From contig CAVYTA010000006.1 of assembly GCA_963771355.1 (NCBI GenBank), positions 256,001-320,000 on the forward strand: 64,000 nucleotides of DNA. The letters run 5' to 3'. Positions 31,151-42,003 of the stretch are shown here, in pieces. The translations under genes and the position numbers were made by a program. Below the pieces are notes generated by a model. It ran no database searches and was not told the DNA's origin. It saw only the letters and a list, made by a program, of their open reading frames with translations. The stretch comes from an uncultured Candidatus Rokubacteria bacterium. GTDB taxonomy: Bacteria > Methylomirabilota > Methylomirabilia > Rokubacteriales > CSP1-6. Every line of letters starts with the position of its first letter. Position 1 is the stretch's first letter.

Positions 31151-31920
31151 CGCGTGAAGACCTCCAGGACGGGTTTATCATCGCGCAGCGAGGCGAGCAG
31201 CACCGAGTGGATGGCCGGCTCCCGGAGCAGGCGCTCGGCGGTCTCGCGCGCCGGCGTTCGATCCGGGAGGCTCTCCACCTTGTTGATGAGGACCACGACC
31301 CGGGCGCCGGGCGGCACGCCCTTGCGGCCGCCCTCGGGATGGGCCATGACGCGGGCGACGATCTCGGGGGTGATCGATGCCCCCAGCGGCGCGCCGCCAA
31401 GCGCGGCGACCAACTCGGGGCGGTGCACGTGGTCGTCGTCGAGCGGCTTGCCGAAGACGTCGGCGCCCACGACGGGAATCACCAGTGTCGTCTCCGGCGG
31501 GATCACCGGCTCGTGCGCGGCCGGCGCCTTGAAAGGCCGCGTGCGCGAGCCATCCGCCTCGTTGAGGATGCACGCGTCGGAGAACCAGCTGCACAGCGCG
31601 CTGAAGAGCTCGAGCGAGACGCCGCCGGCACGATTGGTGGCCGGGTCAGTTGGTCCCACCACGAGCACGTGCCGGTGAGCGGCCAGCGCCGCCGCGACGC
31701 GGTCCCGCGTGGCCTCGGCCGCGAGGACTCGCGCGGGCGCACGTGCGGCCTGCGCGCCGAAGATATGGGTGGTGGTGGTCGTGATGACGCACCCACCTGT
31801 CTCCGTCACCTCGCGCGCCAGACGAAACATGGCCGTGCTCTTGCCGCCCCCACCGACCAGGGCGACGACCTCGCCGGGCTTCACAACTAGGGCGTCAACC
31901 AGACGACGTGCTGCGGTCAC
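31147..31920 (-). CDS. yqeC: Selenium cofactor biosynthesis / Se-dependent hydroxylase accessory protein YqeC
   Basis: VGGGGKST, TTTTHI, EADGSRTRPFKAPAAHEPVIP, HRPE and INK motifs. Confidence 0.8.
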   Translation of the reverse strand: MTAARRLVDALVVKPGEVVALVGGGGKSTAMFRLAREVTETGGCVITTTTTHIFGAQAARAPARVLAAEATRDRVAAALAAHRHVLVVGPTDPATNRAGGVSLELFSALCSWFSDACILNEADGSRTRPFKAPAAHEPVIPPETTLVIPVVGADVFGKPLDDDHVHRPELVAALGGAPLGASITPEIVARVMAHPEGGRKGVPPGARVVVLINKVESLPDRTPARETAERLLREPAIHSVLLASLRDDKPVLEVFTR

Positions 31921-32912
31921 CGGATGACCTCGTCGGCCTGGACCAGCACCGAGGCAGGGACGGTGAGGCCTAGCTCCTTGGCGGTCTTGAGGTTGACGGC
32001 GAAGTAGGGGCGGGCGAGCTGCTCGACCGGCAGGTCTCCGGGAGAGGCGCCCTGGAGAACGCGCTGGACCTGCTTGGCGGAGAGTCGGCCCGCGGCGTGG
32101 AGACTGATGCCGTAGCTGGCAAGCGCTCCCTTGGCGACGCTTGCGGGCTCCTGGAATATGGTGGGCAGCCTCTTGATTCTCGCCGCGTCGATGATCGCGT
32201 CTGTCTGGCTCGTCACCATCGCGTCGGCCACATATACGAGGGCATCCGCCTCCCCCGGGCGAAGCGAGCGCAGACTCGCCCGCAGCTCCTCCACCGAAGC
32301 GACTCGCCGCTCGACGAGCTCGACCTTGAGCTGGCGAGCCCCGTCCCGCAAAGGCGCCAAGGACGACCGCGCCGCAGGGTTGTCGGGGCTATAGAACACC
32401 ACCGCCCGACGGAGCCTCGGCATCATCGCCTTCAGGAACTCGAGGCGCTTCGCGGTGGTGTCAGCCTGCTGGCCGTGGACACCCGTGAGTCTCCCGCCGG
32501 GCTTCCGGAAGCTCTCGACCAGACCCATGGCCACCGGATCGGCCCCGGCGTAGAACACGATGGGAACGCGCTTCGTCGCCCCCCGGGTGGCGAGCGTGAC
32601 AGTGGTGGTCACCGAATAGATCAGGTCGACGTTGTCCCGTTCGAGCTCTCTGGCGGCCGGCTCCACCGCCTTGAGATCCCCCTGGACATCGTGGACGTGA
32701 AGGACGTACTGCTTTCCCTCCTCGAATCCCAGCTCGCGAAGCCCCTCCCGTAACCCATCCACGGCCACGGAATACGGGCCGCCTTGCAGAACAACTCCAA
32801 TGCGATAGACCCGCGCGGGCTGCGCCTCGGAGGCGAGCGGCGCGCCGAGGAGGGCGAGTGCCAGTAGCCCCGTGAGGACGATGGCGAATCGGGCCCGGCC
32901 CGTGCAGCTCAG
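31917..32912 (-). CDS. ABC transporter substrate-binding protein (ABC_sub_bind type); probable CTG start
   Basis: Signal peptide and EAQPARVYRIGV lie upstream of the ORF-track start, in frame; DPVAMGLV, PGDLPVEQ, VNLKTAKELG. Confidence 0.8.
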   Translation of the reverse strand: MSCTGRARFAIVLTGLLALALLGAPLASEAQPARVYRIGVVLQGGPYSVAVDGLREGLRELGFEEGKQYVLHVHDVQGDLKAVEPAARELERDNVDLIYSVTTTVTLATRGATKRVPIVFYAGADPVAMGLVESFRKPGGRLTGVHGQQADTTAKRLEFLKAMMPRLRRAVVFYSPDNPAARSSLAPLRDGARQLKVELVERRVASVEELRASLRSLRPGEADALVYVADAMVTSQTDAIIDAARIKRLPTIFQEPASVAKGALASYGISLHAAGRLSAKQVQRVLQGASPGDLPVEQLARPYFAVNLKTAKELGLTVPASVLVQADEVIR

Positions 32913-33667
32913 CCCTTCGCCCCCGCCGCCCCGCGCTCGAGCAGGGTCTTCGCGCTCGCCTGGATCCAGGGGAAGAAGCTGGTCATGACCGCTCGCACGC
33001 CCAGCCGGGTGTAGCGCTCGATATTGTCGAGGCTCACGAGGGTGCCGGCCACGCGGCCCGACTGGACGATCTTCCCGATCGCCGCGTCGATGGTCTTCTG
33101 CACGTCCGGGTGCCCCATGTTGCCGATATGTCCCATGGAGGTCGCCAGGTCGTTGGGCGCCACGAAGAAGACGTCGATGTGGTCCACCTTGAGCACCTCG
33201 TCGAGATTCTTGACACCGACGATGTCCTCGATGAGCACCATGAGCACGCTCTGGTCGTTGGCGGTCTTGAGGTAATCGCTCACGCCGAAGCCCTGGCGGC
33301 TGGTGAACATGCCGCGCTTGCCGAGGGGCGCGAACTTGGCGCCCTCCACGAGCGCCTCGGCCTCGGCGCGCGTATTGACGTGCGGCACCACGATGCCCTG
33401 GGCCCCGCGGTCCAGCGTGCGATAGATGGTCGCGTAGTCGTTGTCCATCACGCGCACCACCGAGGTCTTGCCCCAGAGGTCGCAGGCCCGCGTGAGATTG
33501 CCGAGGTCGGCGTAGTCCACCGCGCCGTGCTCGCCCTCCAGCCAGATGCCATCCACGTCGAGGGTGCCGAGCTGGTCGATGAGGTCCGGGTCGTTGGTGC
33601 CGGACAGGATGGTGGCGACCTGGCCGGCGGCAAGCTTGTCTTTCACGCGATTCGGTCGGATATTCAC
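32909..33667 (-). CDS. HpcH/HpaI aldolase family protein
   Basis: EGEHG, LDRGAQGIVVPHV, LIED and APNDL. Confidence 0.85.
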   Translation of the reverse strand: MNIRPNRVKDKLAAGQVATILSGTNDPDLIDQLGTLDVDGIWLEGEHGAVDYADLGNLTRACDLWGKTSVVRVMDNDYATIYRTLDRGAQGIVVPHVNTRAEAEALVEGAKFAPLGKRGMFTSRQGFGVSDYLKTANDQSVLMVLIEDIVGVKNLDEVLKVDHIDVFFVAPNDLATSMGHIGNMGHPDVQKTIDAAIGKIVQSGRVAGTLVSLDNIERYTRLGVRAVMTSFFPWIQASAKTLLERGAAGAKG

Positions 33668-33721
33668 GTGGTCTCCCCCTTGGGCTGCGATCCTACTTCA
33701 ATTCGCATCATTGCACGTACA

Positions 33722-34105
33722 TCACACGTACATCGGCTGGCGGTCGATCAGCCGGAGCCAGCCGCGCGCCACCCGATAGATGAACCACAGCCCGACCAGG
33801 CCCAGAGGCAACCAGGCGATGAGCAGGCCGATGCCGAGCGTGGCCACCACGAAGAGCATGCAGAGCGTCACCCACAGCAGCCCGAACCAGAAGGTGCGGA
33901 TCTGCCAGCGGAAGTGCGATTCGAGCCACGTTCCGCGCGCCTCGCTGCGCTTCGCGTAGTTCAGGATGACGGCGATGATCGAGGGCCAGCCGGTGAGGAA
34001 CGCGCCCACCACGGTGGCGGCGCCGATGATCCCCGTGATCAGGCTGAAGGCGTGCAGGCCGTAGATGATGTGCGTCAAGGTGATCAGGGACTGCTCCTCA
34101 CGCAT
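33722..34105 (-). CDS. DUF4870-like small membrane protein
   Basis: SHFRWQIRTFW and WFIYRVARGWL motifs. Confidence 0.75.
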   Translation of the reverse strand: MREEQSLITLTHIIYGLHAFSLITGIIGAATVVGAFLTGWPSIIAVILNYAKRSEARGTWLESHFRWQIRTFWFGLLWVTLCMLFVVATLGIGLLIAWLPLGLVGLWFIYRVARGWLRLIDRQPMYV

Positions 34106-37100
34106 GGAATTCCCCCTGGTCCAGCAGGCTGCCATAGCGGTGCAGCACGCGCGAGACCGTCTGCTCGCGGAAGTACCAGCGGAGCTCGAGGCGCCCATTG
34201 GCCAGGACGGGCGCGTCGATCACGGCGACGCCGGAGCCGTTGGCGGCGGCGCGCGCCGCGGTCGAGATCGGCTCCCACACCCGCACGCGCTCCGCGTCTC
34301 CCGGATGCGCCAGGCGCTCCACGAATCCCGCCTCCGCCTCCACCACGAGCTCCACGCCGCCGAACTGCGCCAGCCAGCTCCAGGCCGCGGAGTCCGGCGC
34401 GAGGCTCACCGTGACGGACGTCTGCGCCACGCAGGCGGCCAGGACCACCTGGCACAGTGCGGCGGTCGTGGATCCCCGCGCGATGACGCGGCGGCAGGGG
34501 CGATAGCGGAACGCGTTCCGCTCGCCCCGGATCGCGCTCGGATCGTGCTCGCGGCTGAAGTGCCGGCGCCACGCGCGCGCGTAGCGCGCCACGCTCGCGC
34601 GGACCAGGGTGCGCGCGTCGGCGTGAGGCAGCGCGGCCAGACAGCGATCGAGGAGCGCGGCCAGAGTCTCCGAGAGGGGCTCGTCGTCGCCGGCCGCGCG
34701 CGACACGTGGCGCCAGCGCGCGAGCTGCAGGACATAATTGGGGCCGCCCGCCTTGGCCCCGGGCCCCACCGACGAGGCCTTCCAGCCCCCGAATGGCTGG
34801 CGACCGACGATGGCCCCCGTGATCGGACGGTTGACGTAGAGGGTGCCGGCCTCGACACGGTCCACCCAGCGCGCGATCTCGCGATCGTCCAGCGTCTGGA
34901 TCCCGCTGGTGAGGCCGAACGGGGTGCCGTTCGCGAGGTCGATCGCCTCGTCGAGGTTCTCCGCCCGCATGAGTCCCAGCACGGGGCCGAAGCACTCGGT
35001 CTGGTGGAAGAACCAACCTTTTCGCACACCGAGCTTGATCCCGGGCGACCAGAGCTGCGGGTTGGCCGCGTCCGGGCGGGGCTCGAGCAGCCATTCCTCG
35101 CCCTCGTCGAGCACGGTGAGCGCGCGCCGGAGGGCCGCGCCGGGCGGCTGGGTGAGCGGGGTGATCCGGCTCGTCAGCTCCCACGCGCTCCCGACTTCCA
35201 GGCTGGCGGCGGCGTCGCGGAGCTGGCGCCGGAAGGCGGCGTCGTCGTACACCTCGGCCTCGCAGATGGCGAGGCTCGCCGCCGAGCATTTCTGACCGTT
35301 GTGGCCGAAGGCGGAGCGAACGAGGTCGCGGACCGCCTGGTCTCGATCCGCGAGCGACGTGATGATGATGGCGTTCTTGCCACTCGTCTCCGCGAAGAGG
35401 GGAAGATCGGGCCGCCAGCCCAGGAAGAGGCGCGCCGTCTCCACCGAGCCGGTGAGGATGACGCCGCCCACGCGGGGGTCCGTCACCAGCCCGCGGCCGA
35501 TCTCGTCGTCGGGGCAGGGCAGGAACTGGAGCACGTCGCGCGGGACGCCGGCTCCCCAGAGGCAGCAGGCCAGATGCCAGCCGACCAGCACCGCCTCGGG
35601 CGCCGGCTTGAGCACGACGGCGTTGCCGGCGGCGAGCGCGGCGAGCACGCCGCCGGCAGGGATGGACAGCGGGAAGTTCCAGGGCGGGGTCACCACCACC
35701 ACGCCGAGCGGCTCCATGCGGCAATCGCCCAGCTCGGGAGCAGCTTCGCGCAGCGCCCGGGCATAGTAGCGCGCGAAGTCCACCGCCTCGCAGACTTCCG
35801 CGTCCGCCTCCGGCACCGTCTTGGCGCCGTCCAGGATCATGGCACCGATGAGATCGTCGCGCCTCCGCCCGAGCTCGGCCGCGCAGGCCTCGAGCCGGGC
35901 CTCGCGCTCGGCGATGTGGAGCGCCGCCCATGCCGGCTGCGCCGTGCGTGCCACCGTCAGCGCCCGGTCCACGTCGGCGGGGCCGCCCAGCGCGTAGCGA
36001 TAGGCGACGCGGCCGGGACGCGAGGGATCGTGCCCGTCCGCGGCCCGCGCGCCCGCACGGAGCTCGCCCCCGACCTGGAGCGGGATGTCCTCCGGCGGCC
36101 GCTCGCGCCAGCGGGCCAGGACCTCGTCGATCCACGCGCGGTTGGCTGCCAGCGTCCAGTCGGTGTCGGGATCGTTCTCGAACCGCGCCCCGAGGCGACG
36201 GGGGCCGGGAGGGGTCACCGCTTCTGCGCCGCGATCCTGGGTGCGGCGGGGCGCGTCGGACAGGCCCGACACGCGCGCGAACGCGGCGAGGAAGCGATCG
36301 CGCTCGGCGGTCCAGTCGGACGAGCCCGGCTCGAGGTCGAAGATGTGACGCAGGAAGTTCTCGGGCGCGGTGTTCTCGTCCAGCCGGCGGACCAGGTAGG
36401 CGATCGCGCTGTGGAAGTCCTCCTCGCGGACGACGGGGGCGTAGAGGAGCAGGCCTCCGGCGCGCGCCTGCACCGCCCGCGCCTGGTGATTGGCCATGCC
36501 TTCCAGCATCTCGAACTCGACCGCGGACTCGACGTGGCGGTCCTCGCGCAGCACGAGGCCGTAGGCGATGTCGAAGAGGTTGTGGCTGGCCACGCCCAGG
36601 TGGACGGCCTCGGCGTGCTCGGGCCGGCTGCCGTACTCGAGCATGCGCTTGTAGTTCGCGTCCACCTCGGCCTTGCTCTCGTAGGGCGCCTGGGGCCAGC
36701 CGTGCACCGCGGCCTCGATGCGCTCCATGGCCAGGTTCGCGCCCTTCACGATGCGCAGCTTGATCGGTGCGCCGCCGCGGCCCCGCCGCGCGAGCGCCCA
36801 CTCGGTGAGGCTACGCTGCACACGGTGTGAGTCGGGAAGATAGGCCTGGAGCACGATGCCCGCGCTGAGCGGGAGGAACTCCGCCTCGTCCAGCACCTCG
36901 CGGAAGGCCGTCACCGTGAGATCGAGGTCGCGGTACTCCTCCATGTCGAGGTTGATGAACTTGGGCGTGATCCTGCCGTCGGGGTGCTGGTAGCGATACG
37001 CCGCCGCCGCGCGGTAGAGCGTGCGCAGCCGCTCGGCCACGCGCGCCACCGTGGCGCGGAAGGCGACGAGATCGATCTGGCTGAACACGGAGGAGACCTT

Positions 37101-37631
37101 CACCGAGATGTACTCGACGTCGTCGCGGGCCAGCAGCGCGAGGTAGGCCTCGAGCCGGCGCGCCGCCTCCGCCTCGCCGAGAATCGCCTCGCCGAGCTGG
37201 TTGAGGTTGAGCCGCAGGCCCGCGCGGCGGCGCTCCTCGATATAGCGCCGCAGGTCCTCCTCCTCACCGGGCAGGATCACGTTCTGCGTCTCGTGGCGCA
37301 GCCGGGCCACGATGGGCGGGACGACCAGGCTCGGGAGATAGTGCGCCATGGCCCCGCCCAGGAGGAGGGCGACCCGCTCCCACCAGTCCATGTACTGCGG
37401 CACGCCGTAACGCTGGAGGAGATAGGCCAGCTGGTCCGCGATGCGCTCGGGCCGGCGGCTCCGGAAGGCCTGATCCGCCAGGGCGATGGTGAGCTCCTTG
37501 CCGTGCGGATCCTCCATCATCCGGGCGAGCTTGCGAGACTGGGCGCGCTCGTCCGCGGTCTGCTGCGCCCGCGCCTCGCGCAGGAGCGCTTCCGCCAGCT
37601 CGACGGCGCGATCGGGAAGCCGCATTGTCAT
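34098..37631 (-). CDS. putA: Bifunctional proline dehydrogenase / P5C dehydrogenase
   Basis: PRODH motifs (NLDMEEY, RIVKGA, ASHN, FEMLEGM, YLVRRLDEN) and ALDH motifs (PWNFP, ETSGKN, GQKCSA, ECFGP); start uncertain. Confidence 0.92.
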   Translation of the reverse strand: MTMRLPDRAVELAEALLREARAQQTADERAQSRKLARMMEDPHGKELTIALADQAFRSRRPERIADQLAYLLQRYGVPQYMDWWERVALLLGGAMAHYLPSLVVPPIVARLRHETQNVILPGEEEDLRRYIEERRRAGLRLNLNQLGEAILGEAEAARRLEAYLALLARDDVEYISVKVSSVFSQIDLVAFRATVARVAERLRTLYRAAAAYRYQHPDGRITPKFINLDMEEYRDLDLTVTAFREVLDEAEFLPLSAGIVLQAYLPDSHRVQRSLTEWALARRGRGGAPIKLRIVKGANLAMERIEAAVHGWPQAPYESKAEVDANYKRMLEYGSRPEHAEAVHLGVASHNLFDIAYGLVLREDRHVESAVEFEMLEGMANHQARAVQARAGGLLLYAPVVREEDFHSAIAYLVRRLDENTAPENFLRHIFDLEPGSSDWTAERDRFLAAFARVSGLSDAPRRTQDRGAEAVTPPGPRRLGARFENDPDTDWTLAANRAWIDEVLARWRERPPEDIPLQVGGELRAGARAADGHDPSRPGRVAYRYALGGPADVDRALTVARTAQPAWAALHIAEREARLEACAAELGRRRDDLIGAMILDGAKTVPEADAEVCEAVDFARYYARALREAAPELGDCRMEPLGVVVVTPPWNFPLSIPAGGVLAALAAGNAVVLKPAPEAVLVGWHLACCLWGAGVPRDVLQFLPCPDDEIGRGLVTDPRVGGVILTGSVETARLFLGWRPDLPLFAETSGKNAIIITSLADRDQAVRDLVRSAFGHNGQKCSAASLAICEAEVYDDAAFRRQLRDAAASLEVGSAWELTSRITPLTQPPGAALRRALTVLDEGEEWLLEPRPDAANPQLWSPGIKLGVRKGWFFHQTECFGPVLGLMRAENLDEAIDLANGTPFGLTSGIQTLDDREIARWVDRVEAGTLYVNRPITGAIVGRQPFGGWKASSVGPGAKAGGPNYVLQLARWRHVSRAAGDDEPLSETLAALLDRCLAALPHADARTLVRASVARYARAWRRHFSREHDPSAIRGERNAFRYRPCRRVIARGSTTAALCQVVLAACVAQTSVTVSLAPDSAAWSWLAQFGGVELVVEAEAGFVERLAHPGDAERVRVWEPISTAARAAANGSGVAVIDAPVLANGRLELRWYFREQTVSRVLHRYGSLLDQGEFHA

Positions 37632-37686
37632 CGTCACGCGCGCCGGTGGCCCGGGCGGGCAGCCACCGGCGCGGCGCATGCGGCGG

Positions 37687-38346
37687 CTACTTCGGCTGGG
37701 GGACGATGCGGAGATAGGGCTTGGGCGACTTCCAGCCCGCGGGATACGTCTTCTTCGCGTCCTCGTCGGAGACGGCCGGCACGATGATGACGTCCTGCCC
37801 CTGCTTCCAGTTCACCGGCGTGGCCACCTTGTGCTTCGCCGTGAGCTGGCACGAGTCCAGGATCCGCACCACCTCGTCGAAGTTACGGCCGGTCGACATG
37901 GGATACGTGAGCATCGCCTTCACCTTCTTGTCCGGCCCGATGACGAACACCGAGCGTACCGTCGCGTTGTCGGCGGCGGTCCGGCCCTGGGAGGTGGTGC
38001 CCGACTCCTCCGGCAGCATGTCGTAGGCCTTGGCCACCTTCAGCTCGGGATCGCCGATCATCGGGTACGTCACCGCGTGGCCCTGCGTCTCCTCGATGTC
38101 CTTGGACCAGCGCTGGTGATCGGTGACCGGGTCGACGCTCAGCCCGATGATCTTGCAGTTGCGCTTGTCGAACTCCGGCTTGAGCCCCGCCATGTAGCCG
38201 AGCTCGGTCGTGCAGACGGGTGTGAAGTCCTTCGGGTGGGAAAAGAGGATGGCCCAGCCTTCGCCGATCCAGTCGTGGAACTTGATCGGGCCCTGGGTGG
38301 TCTCGGCGGTGAAATTCGGTGCCTCGCTGTTGATCCGCAATGCCAT
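37687..38346 (-). CDS. 1-Cys peroxiredoxin (Prx6)
   Basis: FSHPKDFTPVCTTE, YPMSTGRNFDE and ATPVNW. Confidence 0.93.
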   Translation of the reverse strand: MALRINSEAPNFTAETTQGPIKFHDWIGEGWAILFSHPKDFTPVCTTELGYMAGLKPEFDKRNCKIIGLSVDPVTDHQRWSKDIEETQGHAVTYPMIGDPELKVAKAYDMLPEESGTTSQGRTAADNATVRSVFVIGPDKKVKAMLTYPMSTGRNFDEVVRILDSCQLTAKHKVATPVNWKQGQDVIIVPAVSDEDAKKTYPAGWKSPKPYLRIVPQPK

Positions 38347-38406
38347 GTCGTGCCCCTCCGTGGATTGGATGATGGAGCTTCAGAATGTCTGAGGATGGCC
38401 CCGACG

Positions 38407-39333
38407 TCAACGGCCCCGCACGCGCCGCCCGCGGGCGAGCCGCGCGGCGGCGCGCGCCCCGGCCGCGGCGAGGAGCGCGGCGAGGCGGGTCAGGGCGGGC
38501 TGCCGGCGCGCGGCCGCGCGCCAGACCAGCGCCACCGGCAGCGCCGGCACTCCGGCGGGCGCGCGGACGGTCCGGTCCGGTGACGCCTCGGCGAGCGCGA
38601 GGGCAGGAACCAGCCCGATGCCGAGTCCGCCCGAGACATAGGAGAGCAGGAGCGACACGCTCGGCACGTCGATCGTCGACACCGGGCGGATGCGGTGCTC
38701 GGCGAGATACTCGTCGAGGAGCGCCCGGCCCCGGCTCTCGGCCGCCAGGCGCAGGACGGGCTCGCGCCGCAGCCGCTCCGTCAGCGGCGCCCCCTCGCGC
38801 CGCCCGCGTCGCGGGCCCACCCAGACGAACGGCTGGTCGAAGAGGTGCCGGCTCTCGAGGCCCCGCGGCGTCTCCTGGCCCGTGACCACGGCCAGATCGA
38901 CGTCGCCGCTGGCCACCAGCCGCACGCCCGCGCGCGAGTGGGTGGTGACGATCTCGAAGCGCACCGACGGCTCCTGGTCGAGCAGGTCGCGCAGCACCGG
39001 GGCCAGCAGCCCCTTGCCGAGGTAATCGCTCGCCGCCACCCGCAGCGTGGTGGCGGGGCGGCCGGCCAGCTCGGCGAGCTGGCCGAAGGCGGCCTCGGCC
39101 GCGCTCCACAGCTCGCGCACGACGGGCAGCGCCGCCTCGCCGGTGGCGGTGAGGCGCACGCCGCGCCCGGCGCGCTCGAAGAGCTTGATGCCGAAGTGCG
39201 CCTCCAGCCGCCGGATCTGCTGGCTCACCGCGGAGGAGGTGATGTGCCGCTGGCGCGCCGCCGCGCCCACCGAGCCCGTGCGCGCCACCGCGAGCATGGT
39301 CTCCAGCGTGGGCAGGAGGGCGGTGTCGATCAT
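38407..39333 (-). CDS. LysR family transcriptional regulator, divergent from leuCD
   Basis: HTH GSVGAAA...[11 protein letters not shown]...[12 protein letters not shown]. Confidence 0.9.
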   Translation of the reverse strand: MIDTALLPTLETMLAVARTGSVGAAARQRHITSSAVSQQIRRLEAHFGIKLFERAGRGVRLTATGEAALPVVRELWSAAEAAFGQLAELAGRPATTLRVAASDYLGKGLLAPVLRDLLDQEPSVRFEIVTTHSRAGVRLVASGDVDLAVVTGQETPRGLESRHLFDQPFVWVGPRRGRREGAPLTERLRREPVLRLAAESRGRALLDEYLAEHRIRPVSTIDVPSVSLLLSYVSGGLGIGLVPALALAEASPDRTVRAPAGVPALPVALVWRAAARRQPALTRLAALLAAAGARAAARLARGRRVRGR

Positions 39334-39423
39334 GAAGCGCAGCTTACCATTTCGCCCAGAACGTTTCACTGGACTACACAGTGTCCGATGGCGCAGGATA
39401 AGCGCCCCGAGGAGGAAGTCCCC

Positions 39424-40827
39424 ATGGCACGCACGCTGCTCGACAAGGTGTGGGAAGCGCACACGGTGCGGACGCTGCCGTCCGGCCAGACCCAGCTCCT
39501 GATCGGCCTGCACCTCATCCACGAGGTCACGACGCCGCAGGCCTTCCAGATGCTGAAGGAGCTGAAGCTCAAGGTGCGCATGCCCGAGCGCACCTTCGGC
39601 ACGCTCGATCACATCATCCCCACGACCGATCAGGCCCGTCCCTACGCCGATCCCATGGCGGAGGAAATGGCCGCGCACATGTACAAGAACATGAAGGACT
39701 TCAACCTGACCCTGCTCGACATGGCCACGGGCCAGCAGGGGATCGTGCACGTGATCGGGCCGGAGCTGGGCCTCACCCAGCCGGGCATGACCATCGCCTG
39801 CGGCGACAGCCACACGTCCACCCACGGCGCCGTCGGCGCCATCGCCTTCGGCATCGGGACGACTCAGGTTCGCGATGTGTTGGCCACCCAGTGTCTGTCC
39901 ATGGCCAAGCCCAAGCTGCGGCAGGTGCGGGTGGAGGGCCAGCTCGCCAAGGGCGTCTACGCCAAGGACGTGATCCTCGCCATCATCGGCAAGCTCGGCG
40001 TCAAGGGCGGCGTGGGCTACGCCTACGAGTACGCCGGCGACACCATCGAGCGCATGACCATGGAGGAGCGCCTCACCGTCTGCAACATGTCCATCGAGGG
40101 CGGCGCGCGCTTCGGCTACGTCAATCCTGACGCCACCACGGTCGACTATCTCCGCGGCCGGCCGCATGCGCCCGCGGGCGCGGCGTTCGACCGCGCGGCC
40201 GACTGGTGGAAGTCCGTGGCCACCGAGCCCGGCGCGAAGTTCGACGACGTCGCGCGCCTGGATGCGGCGGCGCTCCAGCCCGTGGTGACCTGGGGCATCA
40301 ATCCGGGCATGTCGGTGGGCGTGGGCGAGCGCATCCCCGCGCCCGACGCCCAGCCCGAGGCCGAGCGCTCGACGTTTCGCGAGGCGCTGGCCCACATGGG
40401 CTTCGAGGCGGGCCAGCCCATCAAGGGCGCCAAGATCGATGTGGCCTTCGTGGGCTCCTGCACCAACGGGCGCCTGTCCGATCTCCGCATCGCCGCCGAG
40501 GTGGCCAAGAAGGGCAAGGTGGCCAAGGGCGTGCGCGCACTCATCGTGCCCGGCTCCCAGCAGGTGGCCAAGGCCGCCGAGGCCGAGGGCCTGCACGAGA
40601 TCTTCCAGGCCGCGGGCTTTCAGTGGCGCAAGGCCGGGTGCTCCATGTGCCTCGGCATGAACGACGACAAGCTCCAGGGGCGCGAGATGAGCGCCTCCTC
40701 CAGCAACCGCAACTTCATCGGGCGGCAGGGGAGCCCCACCGGGCGCACCCTCCTCATGAGCCCGGCCATGGTCGCGGCCGCCGCCCTCACCGGCGCCGTC
40801 ACCGACGTGCGGGAGATACTCAAATGA
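39424..40827 (+). CDS. leuC: 3-isopropylmalate dehydratase large subunit
   Basis: [35 protein letters not shown] and SNRNF. Confidence 0.95.
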   Translation: MARTLLDKVWEAHTVRTLPSGQTQLLIGLHLIHEVTTPQAFQMLKELKLKVRMPERTFGTLDHIIPTTDQARPYADPMAEEMAAHMYKNMKDFNLTLLDMATGQQGIVHVIGPELGLTQPGMTIACGDSHTSTHGAVGAIAFGIGTTQVRDVLATQCLSMAKPKLRQVRVEGQLAKGVYAKDVILAIIGKLGVKGGVGYAYEYAGDTIERMTMEERLTVCNMSIEGGARFGYVNPDATTVDYLRGRPHAPAGAAFDRAADWWKSVATEPGAKFDDVARLDAAALQPVVTWGINPGMSVGVGERIPAPDAQPEAERSTFREALAHMGFEAGQPIKGAKIDVAFVGSCTNGRLSDLRIAAEVAKKGKVAKGVRALIVPGSQQVAKAAEAEGLHEIFQAAGFQWRKAGCSMCLGMNDDKLQGREMSASSSNRNFIGRQGSPTGRTLLMSPAMVAAAALTGAVTDVREILK

Positions 40828-41417
40828 CCAACTACCATCGCCGCCAGATCGCGGGGCGCGGCATCCCGGTGACCGGCAACGACATCGACACCGACCGCAT
40901 CATCCCCGCGCGCTTCCTCAAGGCCGTCACCTTCGAGGGCATGGGCGAGCACGCCTTCGAGGACGCCCGCAAGCAGAACCCCGAGCACCCCTTCAACTCG
41001 CCCGCCTACCAGGGCGCCTCCGTGCTGGTGGTGGGCCAGAACTTCGGCTGCGGGTCCTCCAGAGAGCACGCACCCCAGGCCCTCATGCGCTGGGGCATCC
41101 GCGCCATCGTGGGCGGTTCCTTCGGCGAGATCTTCTTCGGCAACTGCGTGATGCTGGGCATCCCCTGCCTGGTCGCCTCCCAGGCCGACCTCGAGTGGCT
41201 GCAGAAGGCCATCGAGCGCGCCCCGCAGATCCCCGTGGCGGTGGACGTCGAGAAGCAGGAAGTGCACTTCAGCGACCGCGTCATCAAGGCCACCGTGCCC
41301 GACGGCCCGCGCCACCAGCTCGTGGCGGGGACGTGGGATTCCACCGCGGTGCTGCTGGAGGCGGGCGCGGCGATCGAGGCGACGGCGGGGAAGCTGCCGT
41401 ACGTGAAGGGCTTTTAG
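40824..41417 (+). CDS. leuD: 3-isopropylmalate dehydratase small subunit
   Basis: [13 protein letters not shown] and [16 protein letters not shown] overlap with leuC. Confidence 0.95.
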   Translation: MTNYHRRQIAGRGIPVTGNDIDTDRIIPARFLKAVTFEGMGEHAFEDARKQNPEHPFNSPAYQGASVLVVGQNFGCGSSREHAPQALMRWGIRAIVGGSFGEIFFGNCVMLGIPCLVASQADLEWLQKAIERAPQIPVAVDVEKQEVHFSDRVIKATVPDGPRHQLVAGTWDSTAVLLEAGAAIEATAGKLPYVKGF

Positions 41418-41419
41418 CG

Positions 41420-42003
41420 CTAGGGCAAGAGATCGCCGACGCGGATGGCGGCGGTCGGCGCGGCGAGCGGTGTGATCATGGCGTCCGCAGCCAATGTGTC
41501 AATCGCCGAGTAGGTCCAGCGGCGCCGCGCCGGGCCCGGCCTCTCCGGCTCGCGATGGATCTCCAGGACGCCAGGGCGATGAGGTTGAGGATCCAGTAGT
41601 CCTCGATACCCGCTCGTGCATAGGCCGCGGCTTTCCGTCCCCGGGCGAGGTTCAAGCCTGACTGTGCGACCTCGACGACGAGCGCCGGGTGGGTCGGATG
41701 CGCGGCGGCGTAGTCGCGCGGCGAGCCTCGAACGACGCACACATCCGGTTCCGGCTCCGACTGGTCATCGAGGATGATCGGGCTTTGAGTCTGGACGAAC
41801 CAGCCTTCTCCGAAGGCGCGCTCCAGCGCCTTCGCCACCAGGAGCACTGCCGTCCGGTGGGGGCTGTGCTGCGGTTCCTTGACGAGCAACAACCCGTCGA
41901 GCAGCTCGATCGGGTCGTCCTCGTCGAGGAAACCGTGATCGATCAACCGCCCATACTCGTGGCGGGACCACCGACGCAGACCGGGACGTTCCACTTGCTT
42001 CAT
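41420..42003 (-). CDS. Uma2 family PD-(D/E)xK endonuclease; frameshift near 41572
   Basis: IELLDG, EPEPD, LVVEVA and YARAGIEDYWILNL; C-terminus VLEIHREP...DLLP in another frame. Confidence 0.8.

Noticed and set aside
34065..36830. Long antisense and alternate-frame ORFs (921 aa, 905 aa and many similar)
   Set aside because: Shadow ORFs typical of high-GC DNA, Arg/Gly/Pro-rich, overlapping well-supported genes such as putA.
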